Origin: Azolla caroliniana
Lineage: Eukaryota; Plantae; Polypodiophyta
Length of the DNA: 64,000 bases
Assembly: GCA_043228905.1 (NCBI GenBank)
Contig: JBHGNT010000005.1
Span: 21,080,001-21,144,000 of the forward strand
Direction: 5' to 3'
Shown: piece after piece, positions 12,701 through 25,576 of the stretch
Position numbering within the stretch: the first letter of the stretch is position 1
How the letters are laid out: each line of letters begins with the position of its first letter
Translations under genes and position numbers: made by a program
The notes under the pieces: model-generated
Databases searched by the model: none
What the model was told of the DNA's origin: nothing
Seen by the model: only the letters and a program-made list of their open reading frames with translations

Positions 12701-15700
12701 CCCAATGTGACAACTAACGTCCTCCAGCTATCTGGGAGGTAACAAAGCAGGAGTAGAGCAAGTACCTCATCGGCGGGAGGTACTTCCAACGAGGTTTCTT
12801 GGTGTATTAGCCTCTGGAAGGCATTCATGTGCTCCACCATACTGGAGTCGTCTTGGTACCGGAGCCTCACTAGCTTCCGAAATACCGAGACCTGATTAAT
12901 GGCATTCTTGTTCTAGAACATGATGTCGATTTTCTCCCAGAGTTCATGACCCTTGCTCTCTTCATTGAAGTTGTTGTATAGGCTCATGTCAATGAAGCAC
13001 CAGATGTATGTTGTCATTTTCATGTGCATCACCTCCCACACCGTGGCGTCGATCTTATTCAGTCTCTTGTCCCCGAACTGAACCGTCAACCAAAGATCTT
13101 TAACCACCAGCATGTCCCTCATCTTCGACTTCCACACTGAGTAGTTGGAGCCGGTGAGCTTGAACATGCCGCTAAAATATTCTTCCATTTTCTGTGTTGT
13201 TCGCTCTGATACCAATTTGAAGAGTAATGTGCAGAATATTGCTCGGCCACAACCGAGCAGTAAAAACACTTCTATAAGAATCAAACACAAAAATGGGAAG
13301 TGGAGAGTACACAAGGAAAAATGACACAGGATATTTATGTGGAAAAACCACGGGAGCCCACTGACTCCGAACTATCACTATGAAGAGAAAAGAGGTACAA
13401 TCAGAGACTCAGAGGCAACGACCTCAAGCTCTGTTTCTTTGCACAGTGGCGGTTACAACAAAGTATCGCTCTGTATCTCACTCTCTCTTTGTACAACCGT
13501 TACAACAATATATCAATAACACAATCACTGATCACACTAAAGTGATTGCCCTAAGTCATATTTATAGTTATATGAACTCAGGGCTATTAACAAATATAGC
13601 CTCAATGGGCTTATTCAAGACATATTTACGAATCTTTCTTCTCTTCCGGTTCTCACCGGGTTCTCTTTATTCATCACCGGATCCCATCTGGAGAGACCAA
13701 TTTCCCAACACTTCCTACCATATATCACACCTAGCATAGCTAAATAAATTTCACCCTCACTATCACCCTTACCACCATCACCCACATTACATTGCCTCAA
13801 CACATTGATAATGCCAAGGTTGGTCTCCATAAGGAAGAAGAGGTCGCATTAAATTAAAGTGATGTGGTTGTTGTGACAGATGAGGAACCCTTGACAAGCA
13901 ATTTGCATCTAGACAAGCTTCCCTCAAAGATTGATGCAATCACTTATATGGAAACAGGAAGCGACCGAAGTTGCAAAGGTACCTCACCAAATGCCAACAT
14001 CAGATTAACAAGGAAAGGGCAATTAAGGGCCATGGAGGGGACCTCTATTGCACACCATAAAATCAAGGAAGTATCGACAACGAGCTCATGTAACCAAAAG
14101 GAAACATGGTTACAGACAACAAGTTGTTAAGGCACCAACAATGATTGGGGGGAACACCACTAAGGTATCGGAGAGAAGAACCTTGGCCAAACGGAAGAAG
14201 CTTTCATTAGCAATGCTTGGACTAGTGATTGCTCGGAATCGTCCACATTTCTAGGTAAATGCTAGTTGTAATCTTCTTTAGAGTTGAAGTCCCATTTTTA
14301 TGGTCTAGCACAAGTTCTAAAACAGAATCAAAACAGTCCATTGATTGAACTCTTCGGGTGTTTATTCTTTTCCATCGCATTCATTGTCCAAAAGACACAA
14401 GGGTTCGACCATTTTGCTTGGCCATGTCGATGTTCTTGAAGTTTTACAATTCAAAAACAGACGTTACGAGTTTCACATCACCAATTAGGGTCAATGGGTA
14501 CAATCCATGTTACCTATGTCTGTTCTTCGTGGTATGGGACATCGACGGGGGCGATGGATCCATCTCTCACCCTTCCTAGGGGAGTTCTTGGGTGGTCTAA
14601 CATCATTTCTTCCTGTATTCCTCCTTAATTTTGTTGCTTAACATTAACGAGTTTAATACTATCTCCAAATCGCTCAAATATCATCTCCAAACATGGTCGG
14701 TTTAAGTAATAACAAGGACACTAGTTTGAGCATGAGCAAACTAAACATGGTATGGGACATCGATGAGGGCGATGGATCCATCTCTCACCTTTCCTAGGGG
14801 AGTGCTTAGGTGGTCTAACATCATTTCTTCCTGTATTCCTCCTTAATTTTGTTGCTTAACATTAACGAGTTTAATACTATCTCCAAATCGCTCAAATATC
14901 ATCTCCAGGTCGGTTTAAGTAATAACAAGGACACTAGTTTGAGCATGAGCAAACTAAACACATAATAAGCTACATCCACGTGAATGCATAAGAACTAACT
15001 AGCTCTTAGCATAGGCTAAATAAGTCTAAGCATGGATACTAGCTCTAAATTGAAGAACTAAAAGCAAAGTAGGACATAACTAAGCTTTGACCAAAGATGT
15101 AAGGCTGAATGCAAACAACCTTACAGTCAAAAAAATGATGCCTTTGATGTCAAACACAACCAGTTACATCCAATTGAAGAAGATCCATGTCTGGATAACC
15201 ATACTTAAAAAACACCTAGACTACTCTATTTAATAAGAAAACTAGAAAAATAAATGTGGCTTGCGATAAAGCAGGAATGAAAGACTTGTTAATGTTCTTG
15301 TGTGGTTACTTGTTATTTAGTTAATTATTAGTAATCTTTGTAATTAGACGGTGGGTCAGAAACTCAACAACCGTTCTATGTTTTACACATGAGAAAAAGA
15401 GAAAATAGGTGAAAACAAGAGCACAAACTATTTTGGCCTTTTTACACTATGTACATGAAACAATCTCCCACCAAAAGGCCTAAACGACAAGTACGAACAA
15501 TAGAAGGTTTGAACTATACAAGGCCCCCCACCTGATGGGCATGTTACATAAGGCACTAGGTGATCCCCATCAAGTGACAACAATGCTCCAATTGCATCTT
15601 GTGGTAAGGCCTTGGTCACTGCATCTCCGGCATTTTCTCGGGAAACAATCTTCTCAAGGCTAATGCAACCATTAGCTAAACATTCCGAAATGAAATGTAT

Positions 15701-18700
15701 CGCAGTCCAATGTGCCGTGTCTTTGCATGATATACTGGGTTCTTAGCTAAAGCAATTGCACTCTAACTATCACAAAACAATTTGGGTACATTTTGAGGTA
15801 TGCCCATCTCACAAGCTAGTCGAGAAAACCATACTGCTTCCTTACATGCCTCACATGTTGCAACATACTCTACCTCTGTAGTTCACAATGCAACACATTC
15901 TTGAAGACGAGATCTCCAAGGAATGGCACCTCCCATAATTTGAAAAATGTACCCTGAAGTAGATTTCCTATTGTTAGCACATCCAACTCAATCTGAATCT
16001 ATGTATCCGATGATAGAGACTTCACCTCTACCCAAACATAGACACTTATCTTTAGTGCCACTCAAATACCTCAATATCAACTTGACTGCATCCCAATGTT
16101 TCTTACCAAGGTGACATGAATCGACTTACTGCTCCCATTGCAAATGCAATGTCTATTCTTGTAGCCACCATGGCGTACATAAGACTACCAATAGCAAATT
16201 GATAAGGAACCTTGGTCATGAATTCCTTGTCCTCATCAGATGTGGGGCAATCACACATGCTCAACTTTACATATGTAGGCAATGAAGTGCTCAACGGTTT
16301 CAATTCTCCATATTAAACCTCTTGAGTACTTTGGATATATACTCAGCCTAAGACAAATAAATGCATCATTTACTCCTATCACGAGTAATATGCATACCAA
16401 AAATATGTTTTGCATCTCCCAAATCCTTCATGTCAAAAGTTTGACTCTAAGTTTTTCGTCAACAAAGATAACTCATCCTTTTTTTTTCACCAATGATAAG
16501 CATGTCAACAACATAGAGTATCAACATAATAGAACTCTCATTTGAACATTTTTTCGTATAAAGTGCACCCCTGAGTCTTCATAAAAGCATCAAACTTCTG
16601 GTACCACCATCTGGGGGACTGCTTAAACCCGTACAAGCTTTTCTTGAGTTTACATACCAAGTGTTCTTTGTTGGAGACTTCATAACCTTTTGGTTGTTCC
16701 ATATAGATCTCCTCATCAAGATCCCCATGCAAGAAAGCAGTCTTTACATCCATTTGGACTAAATCTAAGTCCTTATTCCCAGCCAATGCAAGCAACATAC
16801 GCAATGTAGTCATGTTAACTAGAGGAGAGAAAAGTTCATCAAAATCAACTACTTGTTCTTGCTTGAAACCTTTTGCTACCAAGCGTGCTTCGTACTTTGG
16901 AGAAGTCCTATCAGATGTATATTTGTACTTGTAGACCCACTTGCATGGTAATGCTTTCCTATCCTTTGGCAAAGGTAATAAATCCCAAGTATCATCCTTA
17001 TGAATACTATCCAATTCACTTTGCTTGGCATGCTCCCACTTAACATGGTCATTAGCCAACATAACTTCCTTATAGCAAGAGGGTTCACCTACATCCGTTA
17101 ACATCACATAGTCCGTGAGCCTAGCATGCGTCATCATCTTGAACATCCTCATATGGGTGAACATATGAAAGATTGTTTGGCATAGGTGTGGGATTATTCT
17201 TTTGCACACTAATAGAGCGTGTAACATCTTGAAACACCACTTTTCTCACTTCCACTTCCTTAATTGGATGCTAATGCATAACCTTTTCATTGAAAACGAT
17301 GTCACAGCTTCTAACTATAGTGTGTGTTTCAGGGTCCCATAAGAGATATCCAAACTCACCATCTATACAGAGCAAAGGAAAATACCTTTTCTGCTTATGA
17401 AATCTAGTTTCTGGCTTAACTGTTTTGGAACATGAGGATATGCTTCACATCCAAACACTCTAAGATGATCATAGTGAGGAGTTTTTCTCGTCCACAGCTC
17501 TTGTGCCACTTTCAAGCCTTTGGTAGTACTAGGTGATAGATTAATCACATGAACTGCAGTCTGAACTGCTTCTGCCCAAAAACCTTGTGGAGGGTTTGCA
17601 TAATGCAACATAGAAATAACTTTGTCCTAGATTGTTCTATTCATCCCTTCTACTACACCATTTTGTATAGGAGTGTAGGGGGCAGTGTACTCTCTATGAA
17701 TGCCTTTAGACTCGCAAAAATCCTGAACTCATTAGAGGTATATTCACGTCCATTATCAGAACGTAAAACCTTAATCGTTATTCCCTTTTCAGTCTCAACA
17801 GAGGCAAGCCATTTTCTGAAAGTGGAGTATACATCATCCTTTCCCTTTATGGGATACATCCACACTTTTCTTGTGGCATCATCAATGAATGTAACAAAAT
17901 ACAAAGCTCCACCCAATGATCTAGTAGGCATAGGGCCACATACATCTGTATGAACTAGATCTAAGGGTTGAGTAGAAGAATCAGAATGAATTTGATGTAC
18001 ACTTCTCATTTGTCTAGCATATTAACAATGCTTTCAAGCTGAAAAATTAGAAAATGATAACACGAGTAAGTAGCCAAAATGAGACAGAGTTTCCATTCCA
18101 CTGCAAGACATATGACCTAAATGACCATGCCAAATACAAGTCATGAGTTGTGTTGTGACAGTCAAAAGATGTTCTTTCTTATGGACAACTAAGGGATGAA
18201 GGGAACCAACTTTTTTCCCTTTGACAATAACTATATTACCTTTTGTAATACTAAAGGACTGGAAAGCAAATATCACTTTATATCCAATGTCATCAAGATG
18301 TCCAACAGACATTAAGCTACAATTTAGCTCATGCACATGGCATACATTTTTTACAATAAACTACAAACCATCAGAAAACTATACCATAACATCTCCAATG
18401 CCAACCACATCGCACTGATGTGAATCTCCAAACTAGATTGTACCAAGTGTTTTAGCTTCATATCGTGTGACCCACTCTCTATGTGGGGTCACATGAAATG
18501 AAGCACTAGAGTCCAACAACCATGTATGAGCAAGCGAGTGAGCCATATTGACCTCAACAAAAGTAGAATTATCATCCACAACTAAAATGTCAACAACATC
18601 ATCACATGTAGCATTTATTTCCTCTATTTGCACTGAAGATAATGAATCAGTCACCTGCATAACATGCCCATCATCATGGGTTTTACCCTTTTCCTTTTCT

Positions 18701-21700
18701 CTTTCTTTGTTCTTCAAGACATACCAATCCTTTTTCATATGACCCTTCTTGTGGCAATAATAGCATTCTACAAGTCTCTTTCTAGATTTCCTTTGGTCTT
18801 ATCATTCCCATGGTTGTTTCTGGTTTAGCTCCTACCATGTTGTTGGTTCTTGCCATAGTTACCAAAATCTCGTACGTTATATCCCTACAACTTGTGAGGT
18901 AACCATAGATTTTCTACGAATTTCCTCACTTAGCAAGGCTCCACAAATATCAGTATACACCAATTTGCCTTTTGGTGCACTATTACTGATGGCAGTACAA
19001 AAAGTGTCCCATGAGGCAAGCAACATGTATAACAAAAAAACATATTTCAGCTCATCATCCATGGTCATCTTTTGAGCTTGCAACTGAGACCATAATTCAT
19101 CAAACTCATTTAGATGAGAAGCAACACTATCGGTGTCCTTCATGTGAAGGTCATAGAGCTTTCTCATCAAAAACACTTTGTTTGTTGTAGTTTCCTTATC
19201 ATATGTATTGTATAACTTTTTCCAAAGTTCTTCGAGATTTTTATTGTCTAAAACAATGAAATAGACACTATCTGCCAAGTGTAGTCTTATAGTAGACATG
19301 GTCAAAGCATCAAATTCCTCCCAATCCTCATCATCCATGTCATTAGGTTTCTTTGCTTTGCCGCCTAGAGACCTCGTTTGCCTTCTTTGAACCAGTACAT
19401 CACACAACTAATTCTTCCACAAAGAAAAACTAGATCCATCAAATTTGTGGATCTCAATATGATCTTTTCGAAGAAACGAATAGTCCTTACATGAACTATT
19501 ACAACCAACAGAAGTGCTACTAGATACATCCAAAGTTTCGGACTCCATGGGAATGAACAACAATATCAAACAACTGAATACAAGAACTCTCAACTGAGTA
19601 ATAGAAGCAAGCAATTGACCAACTTATTGGTCAAAAATGTCAAAGTGATACCAACGGGTGCATATAACATGCACCACTATGCATACACCTTCCTAATATC
19701 AACTATAGCTAGCATACGTTTCTAAAATGACAAGTTAGGCATCTACTATGCCTCCACACTGATTCCAACTCTCTGCCAAATGTAGCGAGGCCTCCCACCA
19801 CAACTTATTTCCATGTAAAAATGTGTTGAACAAGCATGCGAGTTTGAATCAGAGGAATACATGTGGACAGGAGGTTGTTTTCTTCTTGTCGAAAGAAAAG
19901 AAATGTTGAAGATGCCCAACAATAGATCAATGCTTCAGTCAAGCGGCTCCATTCTCCAACATTCCTTGCTACAATCTCTCAGGCTCCCTATTGCGGTCTC
20001 CCAATGCTCTGATACCACTATTATTAGATGGTGGAGCAGAGAAACATAGTTCATCTCTAGAACCTGAACGCAGGGACAACAAAAGGAAGAGGAGAACTCT
20101 GAGAGTGCAAATCACTCATAGGTGAGGGTAACAATCGTTCTATGTTTTACACAGGAGAAAAAGAGAAAATAGGTGAAAACACGAGCACTGACCATTTTGG
20201 CCTTTTCACACTATGTACATGTAACACTCTTGAGGTGGAGGGATACCCATCCTTTTGGCCACCTTGCCTGTAAAAAGGTACACAATTCCTATTGACAATC
20301 TAACGTAAATGAAAACATTAGCTTATTGTGTTGACAATATTGCAATGAATCGAATCAAAGAATGTTTTCTAGTGATATCTATAGAACATTGGACTCCTTG
20401 GGGAAGATAACAAGAACATTGACCACATTCAACGAGTACCCAAGAGTTTCATGAGCATTTATCACATTGTGATGATGTTTTTGTGCCACGATAAGAAAAT
20501 AACCTCTACCAAATTATATGAATTGATTCAAATATTTGTAAATGGTTGTTTAGCTAAGGATAGCTAAAACTTGATAAGAACATTCGGCATAGGATGATAA
20601 TACCTAGTTGAATCTACACTAAAACATAATATCGAGTAAAATATTTTAAAGCGAAAGACCTATTATCAACACACTTGTTATTATCACTATTAGGTATTTT
20701 AACTATAAAAGCTATTAGAGCTATTAAAGCTATTAAAGTTATTACCCACAAATGTAGGTGCCTATTATGCATGGGTGACACTTGGGACTCATGCATCCAC
20801 TTTTATCATGCATGGGTGACACTTGGCACTCATGCACCCACCTTCCTCATGTATAAAAAAGATGCATCCACTTTTATCATGCATGGGTGACACTTGGCAC
20901 TCATGCACCCACCTTCCTCATGTATAAAAAAGAGAAGAGTAATCTTATCAAGTGGGGGAATAATAGGAGACGTGAAATACTATTGTAATCAAATACGCAA
21001 GAAATACTATTGTAATCATTTTGGAAATATCAATACAAGTTATTTTGTTTCTCCTCTTTCTTTGACAAGAAGCTTGGTGTTTACTTCCTAGATTCACATT
21101 TTTCTTTTCCGTTGCACGTGTACGCCATGATCAACATCACAACGTAGTATTCATCCACAAGAGTAGTGAAGGCTTTGAAGCTATCTAATGACTACAATGA
21201 TGAAAACAACAATGGAAATGATGGTCATGCGATAAAGTTGAATTAACGACATACTTTCTTTGCTAAGTTTGTATGTTCAGTTAACTCTTGGCCCAACCCC
21301 TTATCACCTCTCAGATCTAGATCCCTCAATATGTGCTCACTTGTCTCATCCAATTAAATCATTTAATCCACATATCCACAAGCCCAATGTTTGTGAAATA
21401 GTTTGTTTAATTATATCCCTTGATGCAATAGTGTACTTTTCAACGTCTGCCACAAATTTTGGATAAGGAACCTTATTTGAGAAGATATTGTCTCAAGAAA
21501 TATTCTTGATACAATATAATGTTAAAGCTAAGAGAGTAGACATGAGTAGACACCTAAAGCTAAGAGAGTATGCACAAGGACTTCAGAGTGTCTATTTGTC
21601 CTAAGCTCATCTTGTGTTTCAAAAACTCTATTATCTTGATTTGATGAGATGGAACATATATCAGGAATATAGACTTTACATATCTTGCAATCTTTAACCA

Positions 21701-24700
21701 AACTCCAATTTTGGTTTGGAGGTATTCACTTGACGTGTCTTTTAACCGATTTAAAACTTTGAATCTATTGGATGGAGTCAAGTTGTTCGGCCTATTTGGA
21801 TGACTAGATTTGATCGAAGAACTAGAATCATATTTTATTAATACACTTGCTTTTGATATCTTGGTGTTTATGAACAATTAGCTACTTATATCCAGGGTCA
21901 TCATAATATAAACAAAGATGGTTTGGTCAATGTCACTACTCTCATTCAAATAAAGGTCTTTGACAACATACCTCCTAAATATCTATCAGTGTAAGGTTAG
22001 CCAGAAGAATGTGGTTAGGTACTTGAGTAGGCTTCGACGGTGAAACAATTCATATTGAGGCAGTGTTGATCCAATAGAATACATACTGTGTTCCCAGACA
22101 AAAGGCATTTCAATTGGAACTGTCAAGGATGAAGCCAAAACCAATAATACTAAGTGAAAAAGAATAAAGAAAAGATAGCTTTACGACAAGAATACAAGTG
22201 CAAATTTGAACATGTTAGCCAATTTGACTTGCATTAAACTAGAGTGGTTTAACATTGTTAGAACCTCTCTTTATGTACCTCTAGTTTTGTGAATGCGCAT
22301 CACTTGGTTGTCATGTGAAATGCTACAATAATTACCATGCAAAATTATTGCTATATTCAATATAATTGTATATGTTGACCAATACTAAACTCTATAGAAA
22401 ATATAATCATATTAAGGTTAAGGAATAGTTGAGGATGTCATGGGTTTAAGCCCCTCTAGTGTTGTATGTCCACATCGAGAGACACGAGATTGAGGTTCGT
22501 GCGACAAACCAAGGTCCTGAAAGGGTTACTAAGGAAATACAGTTGGATAGTTATCCACCTCGACATCTAGATAATAATGGGGTTGTAAAATCAAGATCCA
22601 GGAAGGCTTAAGATTGCTAGTGTGAAGATAGCTAGGTAGGCATCATTTCATCTTTCTATGAAGAGTGTCAATCTAATTAGTGGAAAGGTAAACCACTTTT
22701 TCTTTACATTTTTTTTTTTTTTGCGGATGTAAAGAAAGGAGAGAGAATATGTTCATTAGTACATTTCTCTTCGAGAAGAGATTGCATACATTAGCACCCA
22801 TTCTTTATTGTTGTAAGTGTGAGTGAAATATTGTACAAAATTTAGTGACAAGTACATGTATATTGACACCGTTGCAACATTAAGGGGTAGAGCACTTGGG
22901 ATATTATAATAGAAGAATAAAGAAATATGTAGTTATTTACTTGCCTAGAAAAGAAATATTGAGCCCCAACACTATTTTGTATTGGAAATATTACTTTCCA
23001 AACATGTCACAGGACTTTCCAAATATTACTTTCCAACCATGCTAGTTTTGCAAATAATTACACCAACTTGTGCCGTTGGTGACAATTTTAGTTACTGATA
23101 TTTTTCAAGTTGATTTAACACTACCTCAAGTTGATGCCTTTACAACCTGAAGCCATTATTGGTAAGCCAGTCACCAATCATTTTTGGGTTTGTAAAAGTT
23201 TTGGGAGTAAGCTCCTAACAAAATCCTCATTAATATGAGTTCAATGCTTATTAGGTCTAGAACACACAACATTCTTCGGTTTCAACAATGGTGGGCTTAT
23301 CAATTTACTAATGCTACTTTTGATTCTAATTAAAAAATGTTGTCATATATAGTACGGCTCACACCTGCCCAAGCAAGGAAAGGACCTATACCACTTCCTC
23401 AAACATATATACTAGCCAAATAAGTGTCAAACAAGATGAAATCATAAGCTAATGAGGGGGAGGAGGATGCCACTCATATTAACAGAAACAATAATAATGG
23501 TGACTATAGTGTGTCATGAAGACAACATTTTGGCTTATCAAGAATCGAACCCACAACTTCTTGGTCTATGTGTTGATCCCTTAACCATTAGACCAAGAAG
23601 TCGTGGGTTCGAGTCTTGATAAGCCAAAATGTTGTCTTCATAACATAATGGAGGGAAAGAAATACAAACTCGTGCATGATCCTAAAGGGGGTCCACCAAT
23701 GATCAGAGTTGAAGATGAGGATGTTGGCACCAATCCACTTTGGGGAGGACCAATCGATGGTGTCCACACGAACTGTGCATGAGACATTGGGTGGAGAATT
23801 TAGTGGCGGGCTTCCTCGTGGAACAAGGTAGGGTGAACGATAGTACTCAACAGTGAGGTTATCTTGGTCTGGAAAACGAAAGGATAAAAATCCCTTATGT
23901 TGTGTGATAGGTTGGCCATTGACCTCGTGAATACGTTGCCTTGTCGTATCATTGTGGATGCCACTTGCTAGCATACACAACATTGATTGCCATTGGTTCC
24001 GACCTATCGAATCACCCACAAACACTAGACGTTGCCCCTTCAACAAATCCAACACTCGACTTGCATTGAACCTTGTCATTTTAAACCAAGATATAATTGT
24101 TTAGTGTTTTACACATGACAAAAAATAAATGAAATTAAGTACATTGCACATGGTGCCTACAACCTACTGCACAACAACACATATTTGGGGGTTTGTATTT
24201 GGAGAAAATATCCAACGAAAACATATGTGAAGTGTGGAGTGTCAAAAGACAAGTGTGAAAGATTACCTCAAAGTTTAAGAGGGATCCATGTGACACAAAC
24301 ATTAACATTATTATATGTAAATTTGGTCTAAATCAAAGCGAGCACCACCAAAGGAGTTTTCTTGTGCTTACAATAGTGATAGTAAGACTTCTCTACATAG
24401 TTGTGAATGAGACCCTATTTATTTTCCTTCATTCTACCATCAACAATTTTCCTTCAACCCCAAAAGGCACCTTTATGCACATTTTTAAAAGTTTTTAATA
24501 TCATGTCATGAGAATTTGCTCTGAAAGCACATCAAAGTTATTTGTCTTCTTTCTGCATATTTAGTCTCTTCCATCCATCAATGCAACGTTCTCCATTGGT
24601 TAACATTGCCTCCTGTAGACAGTTAATAGCAATCATGAATGTCTTTTTTTCATTCCATATTTTCAAAGGTGATTCAATATCTTAGGCCAAACATACCTCA

Positions 24701-25576
24701 AAGGGGTTAATATCATCACATTATTGAATACCACATACTCTCTTTGGGTATTGAACACCATCACCTTATACAACAAAGGTGCAATATACATACATGTAGT
24801 TACAAATGGTGAGGAGACATAGTTTACCACCCTTTACCTATTCGAATGATTATGGGTCCTAACATATTGCAGTTTTTGTTGCTAATACGTTATTTATCTA
24901 CACTTAGAAATACAAGAACAAATGTAACTCTTAAACAATTTGAAAAATATTATTTCCTAACCTTCTTAGTTTAGGAAAATAAAATTCTAATAAAGCTAGA
25001 CTTGGTATGGATTAAAAGACTCAAAGATTGCCATACTAGTAAGGTAAGCTCAAATATATATGGGCTTAGTTAGTTAAAGTTAATCCACAAATGAAGTAAC
25101 GGAAACGTGAAGAATTTTGATACACACACACACACACACACACACACGAATATGCACCTTGGTAAATTACATTTAGAGGGTTGCCATCTCCACTTCATAT
25201 AGTCTTTGTCAGGTCGCCCATTCTCTTGGCATCGGAAGGCTTCATCAATAAAAGGACAATCTTGAGATCTATAGAGGGGATAATTAGCCTCATCGTGAAT
25301 CCATGACCCATCCAAAAGGTCACACCCTTGGTGATAATAATTCACATTCCTATTCTTAATCATGGTGTAATTAGTCTTTAGTCCTACTCTTAATCGTGAT
25401 AGGTTAGACCAAAACATCAATTTAGTGTAATTAGAGGTGGTGGAGACTTGATTAAGTAAAGGTTGTAGATCAAGGAATGTAGAACAAATAAAGAGGATCA
25501 AAAGAGATCCAAGTAAGACCTTGGAAACTCTATTAAGGTGAAAGATTCTTTTATAAACACTAATGATTGCATCCAT
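6427..25576 (-). CDS. TBL: TRICHOME BIREFRINGENCE-LIKE (TBL/PC-esterase, DUF231) polysaccharide O-acetyltransferase, 4 exons, 429 aa: complement(join(6427..6736,7390..7548,23670..24071,25158..25576))
   Basis: N-terminal TM helix, PMR5N Cys domain (CDLLDGSW..CPF..C..NGRPD..Y.KWRWQP..C), GDS motif (FVGDSIGRNQW), DxxH motif (QDCSHWCLPGLPDAWN). All three introns are GT..AG phase 2. Exon lengths 419+402+159+310=1290 keep the frame. Confidence 0.95.
7390..7548 (-). CDS. TBL: TBL exon 3 (not in the ORF track)
   Basis: tag| then GCYFQIGDKVNTSMEIEDGFKLAMRTWRNWVATELDIEKTKVFFRTYAPTYL, then |gtgaag. Typical TBL central exon. Confidence 0.92.
8992..9498 (-). repeat. copia-1 3' LTR
   Basis: Direct repeat of 13218-13710. 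Confidence 0.93.
9509..13188 (-). pseudogene. copia-1 gag-pol, disrupted, with deletion of part of RT near 10000
   Basis: CFYCGKPRH knuckle, WVVDSGAS, LVHTDVC, PELNGLAE, QLDVKTTFL, LYVDDM, HSRTKHI. Confidence 0.92.
13218..13710 (-). repeat. copia-1 5' LTR
   Basis: TG..CA ends, adjacent to PBS; lacks ~15 bp between two GGAAAAACC repeats that the 3' LTR has. Confidence 0.93.
14530..14960. repeat. Tandem duplication of a ~215-bp unit
   Basis: TGGTATGGGACATCGA..GAGCAAACTAAACA occurs at ~14531-14747 and again at ~14748-14960. Confidence 0.9.
15339..20226 (-). mobile_element. Older Ty1/copia element (copia-2) inside TBL intron 2
   Basis: LTRs 15339-15462 (internally deleted) and ~20019-20226. 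PBS rc GCTCTGATACCA at 20006-20017. TSD ATCTT/CTCTT (4/5). Motifs WLLDSSAS, VHTDVCGP, QMDVKTAFLHG, YQFAIGSLMY. Confidence 0.93.
23512..23645. repeat. Foldback/MITE-like inverted repeat (57-bp arms, 20-nt loop) with a tRNA B-box-like core
   Basis: Arms 23512-23568 and 23589-23645 are reverse complements with 3 mismatches; contains GGTTCGAGTC. Confidence 0.85.
23670..24071 (-). CDS. TBL: TBL exon 2 (GDS motif)
   Basis: Acceptor aag| then RFNA..FVGDSIGRNQWQS..HWW..MH; donor GA|gtttgt. Confidence 0.92.
25158..25576 (-). CDS. TBL: TBL exon 1 (TM + PMR5N domain)
   Basis: ATG at 25576; ends ..CNLP-AG|GT with donor at 25157. Confidence 0.92.

Larger units (their letters stand above)
8992..13710 (-). 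mobile_element. Ty1/copia LTR retrotransposon (copia-1) inside TBL intron 2
   Basis: Near-identical LTRs 8992-9498 and 13218-13710. tRNA-iMet PBS (TGGTATCAGAGC, rc at 13203-13214). PPT next to 9499. gag-PR-IN-RT-RH order. No clean TSD. Confidence 0.96.

Noticed and set aside
8380-14500. Possible older retroelement remnant flanking copia-1 (8380-8990, 13711-14500)
   Set aside because: Looks coding-derived but I could not read diagnostic motifs.
20765-20932. Short ~70-bp tandem repeats (also 7810-8160, 53700-54110, 58147-58345)
   Set aside because: Ordinary local duplications with no further structure.
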